From the IMG/VR virus record IMGVR_UViG_3300009156_000028, positions 1 to 63,172 of that record: a stretch of 63,172 nucleotides of DNA; one strand, given 5' to 3'. The notes under the pieces were generated by a model. It was not told the DNA's origin, did not search any database, and saw nothing but the letters and a program-made list of their open reading frames with translations. Source of the stretch: a virus (taxonomy: Duplodnaviria > Caudoviricetes). Position 1 is the first letter of the stretch, and each line of letters begins with the position of its first letter. Positions 1 to 10,492 of this stretch are shown piece after piece. The position numbers and the translations under genes were made by a program.

Positions 1-222
1 GCACGGGTTATACGCACAAGTATTCGTCTGAGAGTGGAAAATCAATGGCTAATGTTCAGAGGTATTACGACCGCGGCCGTATTCAGTCCGTCATCGTCAA
101 GCCTAGGCGGAGTAGAGACAAGTGCCCACACGTGTTTCGTCAACGGGAGCTTCGTCAGGCGAAGGTAGGCTGGGGTTTGATTTGTAGGAAGTGCGGCTGC
201 GTAGCGAGAGGCTAGGGACTCA

Positions 223-627
223 ATGGGTGATAAGCGCAACAAGCGGTATCAGAAGAATGCGAAGAAGTACGGCCGGCTGATGGCTGTTATCCGAGAGGTT
301 CACGCCCAGCACGCTGACGATCTATGCTGGATGCCAGCCGACGTCAACCGGATATTTGAGGCAGCCGGTCTCCCGCCACAGGACCTTACCGTTGGGGACC
401 CCTGCGCTATGCTCCAGAATTGCGAGCGGTACGTCAATTGCCTACGGTCCGGCGGCGGTTGGAAGTCGTATGCGGAGCTAGAAGCGGCTCTGAAACTAAT
501 AGCGGAGAGGCTAGAGAACGTCGTATTGGTTGTGCCGCAGAGCACTCTCCTAGGAGAGGCGCTAGCGGCCATTCACGAAGTCGCCAAAGGAGCTACCAAT
601 GAACGCAAAGTTGATGGAGCAGGTTGA
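223..627 (+). CDS. hypothetical protein
   Basis: 134-aa ORF overlapping the next gene; no recognisable motif. Confidence 0.6.
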   Translation: MGDKRNKRYQKNAKKYGRLMAVIREVHAQHADDLCWMPADVNRIFEAAGLPPQDLTVGDPCAMLQNCERYVNCLRSGGGWKSYAELEAALKLIAERLENVVLVVPQSTLLGEALAAIHEVAKGATNERKVDGAG

Positions 628-979
628 TAGTAGACTCAGCCGATTCCGCGAGCGTGTCAACAAGATCAACAGTCTGGTTGAGCTACTTGGGAAGCTAGAA
701 GAACTGAAACCGGGAGAAGCCGGCTTTCATATTGAGGTTATGCAGAAGGGAGCTATGAGGGGTAGCCTAGCTCGGAACATTCACGAGCGAATCTACAACC
801 ATGGCCGGCTCGCTATGATCAGCGATACGGAGAAGGAGCTTGAGCGGCTCCTAGCCGTAGAGCCGGCTGAAGTAGTCGAGCACTGTCGAGCGGTTGACAT
901 GCGAGGATATCCGGCGACTCCGGAGACAGCCAAGGCGCTTTCCTCTATCGCAGACGCAGAGGCGGAAGTGGGACGATGA
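599..979 (+). CDS. hypothetical protein (occupies the small-terminase position but is not recognisable as one)
   Basis: AAGGAG SD upstream; ATGA overlap with terL. Confidence 0.6.
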   Translation: MNAKLMEQVDSRLSRFRERVNKINSLVELLGKLEELKPGEAGFHIEVMQKGAMRGSLARNIHERIYNHGRLAMISDTEKELERLLAVEPAEVVEHCRAVDMRGYPATPETAKALSSIADAEAEVGR

Positions 980-3210
980 GCAAGAAGCTAGGCGGCGGAA
1001 CGTCGATGACGAAGGGCCAGCAAGGCAAACGGCTCCGGCGAGCCAAGCCACAACTCGTCAACGGAGCAAAGGCGGAAGCCGAGTTGCGCGAAGCCGAGAC
1101 CCGGCCGTTGCGAGCGAAGGCTCTGAAAGCGGCTCAACAAGCGGCGCGGCGCAATAGCATAGTCCGAACGACAACGGCCGGGAGACCTTATGACCCGCAG
1201 TCGGTCGCGGAGAACTATGCCATTGGGGTCCGATCCGGCGAGATAGTAGCTGGACGGCTCGTCAAGCTCTGCGTGGAGCGGTACTTTCAGGACTTAGAGA
1301 AGGCAGAGGCTCGCGGGTTTTACTTCGATCCGGCGAAGGCTCGTGAGGCTTGCCTCTTCTTCGCCGGGTCTCTCAAGTTCACAAAGGGTGAGATGGCTGA
1401 CAAGCCGTTCATCCCTCTGGAGCAGATCGTATCCGGCGACTACGAGTTACCTATCAGTAACTTCGTACCATCTCCTTCCCAGACGTTCATACTGTGGAAC
1501 GTCTACGGGTGGATGAAGAAGGAGAACGACTGTAGGCGATTCACTCAAGCCTACGTGAGCACCGGAAAGAAGTGGGGCAAGTCTGAATTCGCGGCCGGGA
1601 TAACGCTCAAGCAAGGACTCATGGATGATCCGCCGGAGCCGGGAGCGCGGGTTGTCATCTGCGCTACGAAGAGAGAGCAGGCCTTTGACCTAACATTCCG
1701 TCAAGCGACGCAGATGGTGCTTTCGTCTCCGGCGCTTATTGACCACGCGAAGGTCTATCAGTACAGCATTGAAAGCGCCGGCATTACGAAGCAGCCGTTC
1801 AGTAGCATCAAGGCTATCGGCTCAAACAAAAATACCTCTGACGGCAACGATCTGTCCGGAGCTATCCTTGACGAGCTACACGAATGGAATAAGAAGAAGC
1901 ACCGCAAGTTCTTCGGCACTATCATTACCTCTGGGGGAAGCCGTAGACAGCCGCTCATCCTGATGATCACTACGGCCGGTGACGACCAGAGTGACGTGTG
2001 GAACGAGCTAGAGCCGCAGTACATCAACGGCTTAGAAGCCGCGGTTGAGTCTGATCAGCATCTAGCAGACAACCGGTTCGTATTCATCGCGCGGCTAGAT
2101 GCCGAGACCGCCTGCCCTTGTATGAACGGCGGAGCGATGGCGGACCTGAACTGCCCTAACTGTAAGGGCATCGGTCTCCTTCCCGGCGACGACATCTTTG
2201 ATGAGAAGGTCTGGGCCAAGGCCAATCCCAACTACCCAGCAACACCTACACTCGCCTATCTCCGCGAGAGAGCGGCTGATGCCAAACTCTCAAATGAACT
2301 CAAGCAGGACTTCCGACGGTACAACTGCAACCTCAAGGCGAGTAGCTTTAACAAGGCTCTCACTCGTGAGGTTTGGGCTCGTTGCGCGGGGTCTCTGACC
2401 GACTGGGCTCAAGCAGAGACGATAGCCGGAGCGATTGACGTAGGCGAGCGTGACGACCTATGCTCAGTCTCCTTCGTTGCGAGGTTCGCCTTGGAAGAGA
2501 CTCACCCGCTGTACAACAAGCCGGTCGATGAGAGCGGGTCCGCGACTCCCGGCCTAGAGAGAGGACCCGGTGGGCTCTGGCAGACGAAGAAGCCGGAGCC
2601 GGCGGAGCCGAGCGACTACATGGCTGCCTCTTCCCCCCAGAGCAAGAAGGTGGAGCGGTATCGGTTTGAATGCTTCTCCGTCTCCTTCGCGCCGACTGAG
2701 GGGAAGCTACCGGTAACTCAGGAGCCGTACCGCGGTTGGGTTGAAGCGGAGCAGCTGCGACTGATGCCCGGTCCGGTTATTGACATGGCGACGTTTCAAG
2801 AGACGGTTATCAGGATGGGTCGCCAGCTGAGAGTCAAGAGCTTTCGGGCGGACCCTCGCAATGCGCTCCAGCTGTTACAGGGATTAGAGAAGGCTAGATT
2901 TGGCGCGGTGGAACACATACAACAGTTCTATCTGTACAACGAGCCGATCAAGGAGTGGCTGCGAGTAATCCGCCGCGGACTGTTCGCCTATAATCCAAAG
3001 GATGCCGGTCTGCTTACTTGGTCAGTCAACAACCTAGTCCTCAAGCGGAACCCGCGCGGAGAGCTTATGCCGGATCGGGAGCGGAGCGTTGATAAGATTG
3101 ACCCGGTTGTTTCCTTGATTATGGCCTTTGCTGAAGCCTACTATGCTCCGGCTCGCCTCAAGAGCGGCGGACCTTACGGCGGCGGTGAAGGCACTGGAGT
3201 ATGGACGTGA
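976..3210 (+). CDS. terL: terminase large subunit
   Basis: Walker A-like STGKKWGKSE, Walker B AILDELHEW, coupling motif ITTAG, WAKANPN, C-terminal nuclease motif KIDPVVSLIMA; upstream of portal. Confidence 0.95.
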   Translation: MSKKLGGGTSMTKGQQGKRLRRAKPQLVNGAKAEAELREAETRPLRAKALKAAQQAARRNSIVRTTTAGRPYDPQSVAENYAIGVRSGEIVAGRLVKLCVERYFQDLEKAEARGFYFDPAKAREACLFFAGSLKFTKGEMADKPFIPLEQIVSGDYELPISNFVPSPSQTFILWNVYGWMKKENDCRRFTQAYVSTGKKWGKSEFAAGITLKQGLMDDPPEPGARVVICATKREQAFDLTFRQATQMVLSSPALIDHAKVYQYSIESAGITKQPFSSIKAIGSNKNTSDGNDLSGAILDELHEWNKKKHRKFFGTIITSGGSRRQPLILMITTAGDDQSDVWNELEPQYINGLEAAVESDQHLADNRFVFIARLDAETACPCMNGGAMADLNCPNCKGIGLLPGDDIFDEKVWAKANPNYPATPTLAYLRERAADAKLSNELKQDFRRYNCNLKASSFNKALTREVWARCAGSLTDWAQAETIAGAIDVGERDDLCSVSFVARFALEETHPLYNKPVDESGSATPGLERGPGGLWQTKKPEPAEPSDYMAASSPQSKKVERYRFECFSVSFAPTEGKLPVTQEPYRGWVEAEQLRLMPGPVIDMATFQETVIRMGRQLRVKSFRADPRNALQLLQGLEKARFGAVEHIQQFYLYNEPIKEWLRVIRRGLFAYNPKDAGLLTWSVNNLVLKRNPRGELMPDRERSVDKIDPVVSLIMAFAEAYYAPARLKSGGPYGGGEGTGVWT

Positions 3211-3404
3211 CGAACATCGCCGTGTTTGTCCTTGGTTTCGTTCTACTGATCATTGGGTTGTGGCTTTGGTCTCCGATAGCAGCGCTGACTATAGGCGGCT
3301 TAGGTCTAATGACCGTTGCCGTAGTGAGCGCTGTTCTAGGAATACTCAGCCGCAAACCGGAGCCTGGGAAAAATGAAAGCACTTCTGGACTTCCTACGCG
3401 GTGA
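3201..3404 (+). CDS. small membrane protein between terminase and portal
   Basis: Two hydrophobic helices; common position in HK97-like head modules. Confidence 0.7.
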   Translation: MDVTNIAVFVLGFVLLIIGLWLWSPIAALTIGGLGLMTVAVVSAVLGILSRKPEPGKNESTSGLPTR

Positions 3405-4797
3405 CTTCGCCTTCCACACAGGTGAAATCATATCCCTAGGTCAAGACAAATGGTGGCAGGGAGTTACCGGTTGGGGCGCGAGCGGGGCTACTGCTACTCA
3501 AGTCAACGAGCAGACGGCAATGGCGTCAAGCACCGCCTACGCTTGCACCCGCGCTCTCAGCGAGACCTTGTCCACGCTCCCGGCTGTCGTGATGGAGTCT
3601 CAAGACCTTGAGACCCGGACGAAGGCGAGAGAGAACCCAATGTGGGCGCTGCTCCACGACCAGCCGAACCCGCGCATGGACTCAATCTCTTGGTACGGTC
3701 TCAACGCTACTCGCGTGATCAACCGCGGCTCCTCTCTCAACGTCATCGAGTACAACGGAGCCGGCCTGCCTATCGCGCTCTGGCCGGTTCACAACTCGCG
3801 ATATGAAGTGTTCTGTGAACCGGCGAGACCTGCGCCTGGCGGTCGCTACTATCCGGGTGAAGTGTACTACCGGGTCTGGGTCGATGACTACTGCGGCGGG
3901 TCCGGCGGCAGCCGTTCGTATATGGTCGGCTCCGATGAGGTTCTGAATATCGTCGGCTGGGATACGGAGAACGGACTCACGGCTTGCGGAGTGATCAAGC
4001 GGATGGCTCGCGAGATTGGTCTGGACATCGACCAAACTGACTACGCCGCAAGCATGTTCGCCAACGGCGCAATCCCTCTCGGCTTTATCAAGCACCCCTA
4101 CCTTGACGACGAAGATCAGCGGAAGGGTCTCCGCTCCGACATCAACAAGATGCATCAGGGGCGCGAGAACTGGAACAAGGTCGGAATCCTTTGGGACAAG
4201 GATGCCGACTGGGTCAAGCTCAACTTCACTCCGTCGGACGTTCAAGCGCTGGAGTCGAGAATCTTCAGCGCCAAGGCTATCTGCCGCGGCTATAACGTTC
4301 CGCCTGCCATCGTCCAAATCTTTGAGGATTATAAATTTCAGACGGTTGAGGCAATGCTCAAGCACTTCATTATGCTAGGCATCCGGCCGCTCGCGAGCCG
4401 CTTTGAGAAGGCTATCAAGCTCCAGGTGCTCGACAACGTACCAACGACCGGCTCGTTGTTCCTTGAGTTCCTTCTTGAGGCGCTACTCCGCGGAGACCCC
4501 AAGACCCAAGCCGAGTTGAGCAACATCTATCGGCAGACAGGTATTCTCTCCGGCGATGAAATCCGTCAGAGGGACCTGAACATGAACCCGATGGAGGACG
4601 GTCTTGGGACGGCTCGCCTAGCGCCGCTCAACTACGCTACGCTCAAGGACATCGTGAGCGGAGCCGGTATCAAGTCCAAGCAGTCCAGCAGTGGCGGAAG
4701 CTCCGGCGGCGGAGAGAACGTACAACAGCCGCGGTTCGACAAAGCGGCGGTCGCTGCTATGGTCAAAGAAGTTCTAGCCGGGAATGGTCACGCATGA
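3373..4797 (+). CDS. HK97-family portal protein
   Basis: LLHDQPNPRM, LWPVH, FANGAIP, ICRGYNVPP, LLRGD, EIRQRDLNMNP motifs. Confidence 0.95.
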   Translation: MKALLDFLRGDFAFHTGEIISLGQDKWWQGVTGWGASGATATQVNEQTAMASSTAYACTRALSETLSTLPAVVMESQDLETRTKARENPMWALLHDQPNPRMDSISWYGLNATRVINRGSSLNVIEYNGAGLPIALWPVHNSRYEVFCEPARPAPGGRYYPGEVYYRVWVDDYCGGSGGSRSYMVGSDEVLNIVGWDTENGLTACGVIKRMAREIGLDIDQTDYAASMFANGAIPLGFIKHPYLDDEDQRKGLRSDINKMHQGRENWNKVGILWDKDADWVKLNFTPSDVQALESRIFSAKAICRGYNVPPAIVQIFEDYKFQTVEAMLKHFIMLGIRPLASRFEKAIKLQVLDNVPTTGSLFLEFLLEALLRGDPKTQAELSNIYRQTGILSGDEIRQRDLNMNPMEDGLGTARLAPLNYATLKDIVSGAGIKSKQSSSGGSSGGGENVQQPRFDKAAVAAMVKEVLAGNGHA

Positions 4798-4997
4798 TCG
4801 TCACCTACGTTCCGGAGACCCTTGAGACGACTATGGAGCCGGAGTCTGAGGACGAGCGCATGTTGGTTCTGTTAATGATTAAGGCTTTTCAGGGCGGCGG
4901 AAAGATCACTGCCCAAGACAATCGACGGAAGATGACCACACACTTCCGTCCTACCAAGGAGACTCCCGATGCGACACGACGGTCTGATGGTGATTGA
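4794..4997 (+). CDS. hypothetical protein
   Basis: ATGA-coupled to portal; overlaps protease start. Confidence 0.5.
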   Translation: MIVTYVPETLETTMEPESEDERMLVLLMIKAFQGGGKITAQDNRRKMTTHFRPTKETPDATRRSDGD

Positions 4998-5943
4998 GCC
5001 TTCCGCTCTCTCTGAATGGGTTGATCTTCGTCAAGGCAAGCAGACCTTTGACCTTGCCGCGATTCAAGCCGACTACCAACGGCAACGAGCCGCGGCGGAT
5101 CGGAAGGAAGGCGGAAAGAACAAGACAGAGTACGGCGGCGCTTACGACAATATGATTGTGCAGTCTGAGTTCCGCTCGCGGGCAATTGTCGCCGGAGATA
5201 CGGCCGTTATCCCAGTACACAATGCTATCGACTATCGACCGTCCATCTGGTCAGACTACGGCTATCTATCGAGCAGCATGGCCATCCGCGCGGACTTTGC
5301 CCGGCTCCTGGCGGACGAGACCGTGACCCGGATCGTGTTCGACATCGACTCTCCCGGCGGTCTCTACACCGGGACTCCGGAGCTTGCGCGGGACATCTAT
5401 AACGCACGCGACAAGAAGGAGACCATAGCGGTGGCCAATCCGCTCGCGGCCAGCGGGGCGCTGTGGCTAGGGGCATCGGCCGGCAAGTTCTACGCTCTCG
5501 GCTCCGGCCAAGTCGGGTCTATTGGCGCTTTGGTGCTCCATTCCGACTGGTCGCAGTACTACAGCAGTCTAGGCATCACAAACACGATCATGCGAAGTCC
5601 GGAGCGCAAAGCGGACTTTAATCAGCTGGAGCCTTTGTCTGAGGAATCCAAAGCGCACTACCAACAGCACGTCGCAGATATCGCTGACGAGTTTCAAGCC
5701 GCGGTCGCGAAGTTCCGCGGCAAGTCCAAGAAGTACGTCGCTGACAACTTTGGAGGCGGTCGTATGCTGACGGCTACTCAAGCCGTTGCCGCGGGTCTCA
5801 TCGACGGTATGGTTGACTCGTTGGATGCGGTCATCGGGACGAAAGTCAAGACGATGAAGCGCGTGAAGCTCTCGGCTCGTCTTGAGATTGCCCGTCTCAG
5901 TGGTATGAAGAAGAAGGATGCAAGTGCCTCAACCCGCGCTTAA
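4969..5943 (+). CDS. S49/SppA-like (ClpP fold) head maturation protease
   Basis: DIDSPGG, AASGALWL, VGSIGA, AGLIDG motifs. Confidence 0.92.
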   Translation: MRHDGLMVIEPSALSEWVDLRQGKQTFDLAAIQADYQRQRAAADRKEGGKNKTEYGGAYDNMIVQSEFRSRAIVAGDTAVIPVHNAIDYRPSIWSDYGYLSSSMAIRADFARLLADETVTRIVFDIDSPGGLYTGTPELARDIYNARDKKETIAVANPLAASGALWLGASAGKFYALGSGQVGSIGALVLHSDWSQYYSSLGITNTIMRSPERKADFNQLEPLSEESKAHYQQHVADIADEFQAAVAKFRGKSKKYVADNFGGGRMLTATQAVAAGLIDGMVDSLDAVIGTKVKTMKRVKLSARLEIARLSGMKKKDASASTRA

Positions 5944-6988
5944 GCCGTTTTGGAACGGACCGGGACAGACTCGGCTTTATCAAGGCGACGCGCTTGCTAT
6001 AGCAAAGCGGCTGCCAACTGACTCCGTTCATTGTATCATCACGTCTCCGCCGTATTGGGGTCAGAGAGACTACGGAGTTGACGAGCAGATCGGAGCCGAA
6101 GAGGAGCCGGAGACCTACGTTGAGAGTCTGTTCACCATATTCAAAGAGTTGAACCGGGTTCTACGGGATGACGGAACCATCTGGCTGAACCTAGGCGACA
6201 AGTATCTGGATGGCGAGCTACTCGGCTTGCCTTGGCGAGTCGCAATAGAACTTCAACGGCTCTATACGCTCCGACAGGACATCATCTGGAGCAAGCCGGA
6301 CCCGATGCCGTCGCCAGTCGCGAACCGCTGCGTGACGTCTCATGAGTATCTCTTCCTGTTCTCTAAGGACGGTTGGAAGGAATACTACTTTGATCACGTC
6401 GCGATTCAAGAGGACTCAAGGGAGACCGCTGGGGCGAAGGCCAACAAGCGGTCAGTCTGGACCGTAGCCAAGGAGCCGTTTGAGGGCGCTCACTTCGCTC
6501 CTTTCCCCCAGAGGCTAGTTGAGCCTGCGCTATTAGCCGGTTGTCCTGAGAAGGTCTGTGGTCGTTGCGGGTCTCCGTACCGCCGGAAGGTCGCGAAGGA
6601 GACTGTGAAGCGGAAGCGCCCCAACGACTTTGTGAAGCGGAGCGGAGCGGCCGGTACAGGCAACGTCTGCGCCAATAGCGTTGCCGGAGTCGTGAACAGG
6701 ACTCTTGGCTGGGAGCCGGGTTGCAATTGCGCCGCGGCAGCCGTAGGCGGTTTAGTGTTAGACCCGTTTGTCGGCTCCGGAACGACCTTGTGTGTAGCTC
6801 TCGCGAACGGCCGACGGGGTTGGGGCATCGACCTATCTCAGGACTATCTAAGCAACATCGCGATACCTCGCATTGAGGGCACTGCGCTAGGAATACCTGA
6901 CCTAGCCTCTGAAATAGTCGCCAGCCGTAATCGTCCACCGCTCAGCGGTGGGACTCGCCTGGCGGGGGGTGCTACGCTAATTTCTTAG
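5918..6988 (+). CDS. DNA methyltransferase, beta class (N4-cytosine or N6-adenine)
   Basis: Motif IV TSPPYW N-terminal, HFAPFP, motif I LDPFVGSGTT C-terminal. Confidence 0.93.
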   Translation: MQVPQPALKPFWNGPGQTRLYQGDALAIAKRLPTDSVHCIITSPPYWGQRDYGVDEQIGAEEEPETYVESLFTIFKELNRVLRDDGTIWLNLGDKYLDGELLGLPWRVAIELQRLYTLRQDIIWSKPDPMPSPVANRCVTSHEYLFLFSKDGWKEYYFDHVAIQEDSRETAGAKANKRSVWTVAKEPFEGAHFAPFPQRLVEPALLAGCPEKVCGRCGSPYRRKVAKETVKRKRPNDFVKRSGAAGTGNVCANSVAGVVNRTLGWEPGCNCAAAAVGGLVLDPFVGSGTTLCVALANGRRGWGIDLSQDYLSNIAIPRIEGTALGIPDLASEIVASRNRPPLSGGTRLAGGATLIS

Positions 6989-7094
6989 GAAGTCTTTACG
7001 ACTTGCTAAGCCTTCGCGTAGAATTCGGCGGTTGATAGCTTGCCGCTGTTATGCGGCTCGATGAGCCGATTCACGACTCAAGGAGAAAACACGT

Positions 7095-8552
7095 ATGAAG
7101 AAGTTGAACGAGTTGCGTCAACAGCGAGCCAAGCTGAATGAGCGCAACACCGATCTGATTGCGATGATGGAGAAGCATCCGGACGATACCGACAAGCGGC
7201 CGGGAAAGCTCACTGATGAGCAGATCACGAGCGAGTACGAAGCCAATGAGACGCAGATCAAGGCGCTGGACGCCGAAATCAGCGCTCTGGAAGCCAAGCA
7301 GAAGGTTTGGGCGGACCGGCGAGCGGCGACGGCGGACAATCAGCGACGTTACGGCGCGAGCGCTGGCGTTGCGGTTCCGGTGACGACGGCTACTGATCCG
7401 GAAGAGGAAGAGGACGAAGAGGAAGGCGGAGCCGGTGGTGCGAAGGTTGGCGGCGGAAAGTCGCAGACAGTCATTCGCGTCCGTCCGCCTGCTCCCGGTA
7501 TTCGTATGGCGCAAGTCCTTCGCGCCGTCGGTGCTCTCAGCATCGGCAAGCGCGACATTGCGATGAAGATTCTGGAAGATCATCCGCAGGTTCGCACGGC
7601 CATGGAGGCAAGTAACTTCTCAGCCGGTGGCGCTTGGATTCCGGAGAACTACGTTGCGGAGATGATTGAACTTCTCCGGCCAATATCCGTCGTGATGTCG
7701 ATGGGAGTGACCCAGATGCCGCTCGTCAACGGCACTCTGACTCTTCCGAAGATCACCGGCGGAGCGACTGCGGCGTATATCGGAGAATCGGTCAACATCC
7801 CGATCAGCCAGCTGACCGGCGGCCAAGTCAAGGCGGCGGCTCACAAGCTGGCCGTGATGGTGCCGATGAGCAACGACCTTCTCCGGTATGCGGTCCCGTC
7901 CGCTGATATCACGGTCCGGAACGACATGGTGCGAGCCGCGGCGCAGACTCGCGACGCAGCTCAAATCCGCGATGACGGAACCGGCAATGCCCCCAAGGGT
8001 CTCCGGTATTGGGCTCCAGCCGGTCAAGTCGAGACGATGACCGCAACTCCGGACCTGACGAAGGTTGACAAGGACCTCAACCTGCTCATCACCAACCTGC
8101 TCGCGGCGAACGTGTTCAGCATCCCGCGGCAAAACGGAGTCCCGCCTCAGAGCGACGTGGTGGGTATGAATTCGGTCGGATGGCTGATGAGCCCGCGCAC
8201 GTGGAGCTATCTGATGACGCTCCGCGATGGCAACGGCAATCGCGCCTATCCGGAGATGAACGACGGCTTGCTCAAGGGATTCCCCTATGCGGTCACGTCG
8301 CTTATTCCGGAGAACTTGGGCGGCGGCTCCAACGAGACCGAAGTGTACTTTGCTGCCTTCAGCGATGTCATCATCGCCCAAGACCCGCGCGTGGAAGTCG
8401 AGATCAGCAACGTTGCCGCCTATCACGACGGCTCCAACGTCCAGGCGGCTTTCTCGCTCGACCAAACAGTCATTCGCCTGATCATGAATGACGACTTGAT
8501 CGTGCGTCACCCGGAAGCGGTGTCTGTCCTCACCGGAGTGACCTGGACCTAG
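7095..8552 (+). CDS. major capsid protein (HK97 fold, N-terminal scaffold/delta domain)
   Basis: AAGGAG SD; coiled-coil N-terminus, GGAWIPE, AYIGE, WLMSPR, LKGFPY, C-terminal RHPEAV. Confidence 0.93.
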   Translation: MKKLNELRQQRAKLNERNTDLIAMMEKHPDDTDKRPGKLTDEQITSEYEANETQIKALDAEISALEAKQKVWADRRAATADNQRRYGASAGVAVPVTTATDPEEEEDEEEGGAGGAKVGGGKSQTVIRVRPPAPGIRMAQVLRAVGALSIGKRDIAMKILEDHPQVRTAMEASNFSAGGAWIPENYVAEMIELLRPISVVMSMGVTQMPLVNGTLTLPKITGGATAAYIGESVNIPISQLTGGQVKAAAHKLAVMVPMSNDLLRYAVPSADITVRNDMVRAAAQTRDAAQIRDDGTGNAPKGLRYWAPAGQVETMTATPDLTKVDKDLNLLITNLLAANVFSIPRQNGVPPQSDVVGMNSVGWLMSPRTWSYLMTLRDGNGNRAYPEMNDGLLKGFPYAVTSLIPENLGGGSNETEVYFAAFSDVIIAQDPRVEVEISNVAAYHDGSNVQAAFSLDQTVIRLIMNDDLIVRHPEAVSVLTGVTWT

Positions 8553-8604
8553 AACAAAGGCCCAACTGTTCTCTTTCTCTTTCAAATCACTTCGGAGATA
8601 AAAC

Positions 8605-9144
8605 ATGAGTGGACTTGGTACGATGCGGAGCTTGGATCAGGTGATTCTGACCCGCGCAGCTCTCGCGAACACGACTCTGACCGCGGCTGGCGGCGGAGAC
8701 AATACGGAAGTCAACGGCTTGACGTTGTCGCTCGTTACTGCGGCAATGCTCAACGCTCGTCCCCAGTCCGTCGCCTTCCTCATCTACTGCAAGGCGGTTC
8801 TGACGGCAACGAAGAAGCTCAGCGTGGAGACCACGTTACAGTACTCCGTTGACGGCGGCTCCAACTGGCTCGATGTAACGGTTGCGAACGGCTGCGCAGT
8901 CAACAAGGCGAACATCGCTCACGCGACCGTCTTGATCAGCGCCGGCGGCGGTACGGTTCACGGCTGCCTCAAGGTCGGACTCGACTTGACGCGCATCCCG
9001 GCAACCGCCAATGCAGTCCGTATTCAGGCGCTTCCCGACTTGGATGCCGGCGCGACGGATACGGCAGTCATCAATTGCATCGCGGCTTTCGGCGGTCATC
9101 AGAACCCGCCGCAGGCTTCCGCCGATGAGATCACTTCTGAGTAG
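8605..9144 (+). CDS. putative capsid decoration/structural protein
   Basis: Ala/Gly/Thr-rich protein immediately after the capsid gene. Confidence 0.55.
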   Translation: MSGLGTMRSLDQVILTRAALANTTLTAAGGGDNTEVNGLTLSLVTAAMLNARPQSVAFLIYCKAVLTATKKLSVETTLQYSVDGGSNWLDVTVANGCAVNKANIAHATVLISAGGGTVHGCLKVGLDLTRIPATANAVRIQALPDLDAGATDTAVINCIAAFGGHQNPPQASADEITSE

Positions 9145-9210
9145 TCTCCGGCCGTAACCCTACGCCGCTTGATTTTCAGGCGGCTTGTCATCTCTCTAGG
9201 AGTCGCCACA

Positions 9211-9405
9211 ATGGCAAAGAACGAATCCAAGAAGGTTGTCGTGAGGTTTCTGAAGAAGTCACGGCCGTACAACGCTGGCGAGATTGCCGGCTTTCCTCAC
9301 GATGGTGATTTCTTGAAGATGGCCCTCCAGCAGGGCATCGTTGAAGTTGTTGGAACGGCGGGGGAGCCGCAGACCGCAGGACCGTCCGCCGCCAAGGTCA
9401 AGTAA
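9211..9405 (+). CDS. small head-module protein
   Basis: AGGAG SD then ATG 9211; VRFLK..PYNAGEIAGF pattern seen in small post-capsid proteins. Confidence 0.6.
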   Translation: MAKNESKKVVVRFLKKSRPYNAGEIAGFPHDGDFLKMALQQGIVEVVGTAGEPQTAGPSAAKVK

Positions 9406-9454
9406 ACTCGCCGCGGAGTCGCTGCGAGACCTAACACCCTAACGGAGAACCCCA

Positions 9455-9763
9455 ATGCCCCATCCCACCCCCAAGGCGAGTGAAGTGACCTTCCGCAAGG
9501 TTAAGTCCTTCGATCCTGAGAAGAGGGAGCTTGTTCACGTCGATGCAGACGGAAAGCACGAGACCAAGCTGACGCTCGACAAGCACTCGCACGTCATTCT
9601 CGATGGCGTTGTCTGCTCCTGCAACTCGCTCAAGCCTGACCACTTCCTCATGACCGTGAAGGAAGAGAACGGTAAGGCGACGGAGATTCAGGCGCTGACC
9701 AATCTGCCGACTGAACTTCAGGAGCCGGAGAAGGCGGAGAAGGAGACTCCAAAGAACAAGTAA
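9455..9763 (+). CDS. hypothetical protein
   Basis: GGAG SD; 102-aa ORF. Confidence 0.6.
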   Translation: MPHPTPKASEVTFRKVKSFDPEKRELVHVDADGKHETKLTLDKHSHVILDGVVCSCNSLKPDHFLMTVKEENGKATEIQALTNLPTELQEPEKAEKETPKNK

Positions 9764-9798
9764 GCCGTCGCGACCTTACTCAAACAACGGCTTACCTT

Positions 9799-9842
9799 TC
9801 AGGCTCATAGGTTAACCCGCGCCCTATGGGCCTGATTTCTTA
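9799..9842 (+). terminator. intrinsic terminator after head genes
   Basis: TCAGGCTCATAGG...CCTATGGGCCTGA stem followed by TTTCTT. Confidence 0.65.
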
Positions 9843-9847
9843 TAACC

Positions 9848-10492
9848 ATGACGACCTACTCAATAGAACGAACGGCCGGACCGGTACATGAGCCGGTGAC
9901 TAAGGAAGTCGTCAAACGTCAGTGTCGAGTTGAGGTGGCTGAGACCGTATTTGACGAGTGGTTGGACGGAACCGGAACTGAGAAGGGAGTGATTGCATCG
10001 GCTCGCGAGTTTGTCGAGAACGATATCAATCAAGTCCTCATGCCGCAAACCTTCATATTGAAGGCGAGCGACTGGTTGGAGCTATCCGGCGGCATCGATC
10101 TTCAGCGACATCCGGTTCAGGCTGTTAGCGCTATCAATTACTTCGACAGCAGTGGGAACCCGCAAGTTGTTGATGAGGACTTCTTTGAAGTCGTTCGGGA
10201 GAAGTTCCGGTCAAGGCTCTACCTCGCAAGCAATACGACTACTCTGCCGACTCTCGCCGCGAGTCGGCCTTGGCCGCTCTCCTTCACGCTCCTAGCCGGC
10301 TACTCGCTCGCGACGGTAGACGTAGAGACGCAAAGGGCGGCGGTTCCGCGGGCTGCGGTTATGGCCGTCCTATTGCTGCTAGGGCATTGGTTCCGCAACC
10401 GAGAGTCCGTAGCTGTGGGGACGATTAGCAGCGAGATAGAGCAAAGCTACCGTGCCCTAGTTCGATCCTTAAAGCAGGAGAGGTATCGGTGA
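9848..10492 (+). CDS. head-tail connector (gp6-like)
   Basis: EPVTKEVVKRQCRVE, AREFVE, LLLLGHWFRNRE motifs. Confidence 0.88.
   Translation: MTTYSIERTAGPVHEPVTKEVVKRQCRVEVAETVFDEWLDGTGTEKGVIASAREFVENDINQVLMPQTFILKASDWLELSGGIDLQRHPVQAVSAINYFDSSGNPQVVDEDFFEVVREKFRSRLYLASNTTTLPTLAASRPWPLSFTLLAGYSLATVDVETQRAAVPRAAVMAVLLLLGHWFRNRESVAVGTISSEIEQSYRALVRSLKQERYR

Noticed and set aside
7620-8606. 328-aa minus-strand ORF, and similar long antisense ORFs over the portal, MTase and tail genes
   Set aside because: Shadow ORFs expected from GC-rich codon bias opposite well-supported genes
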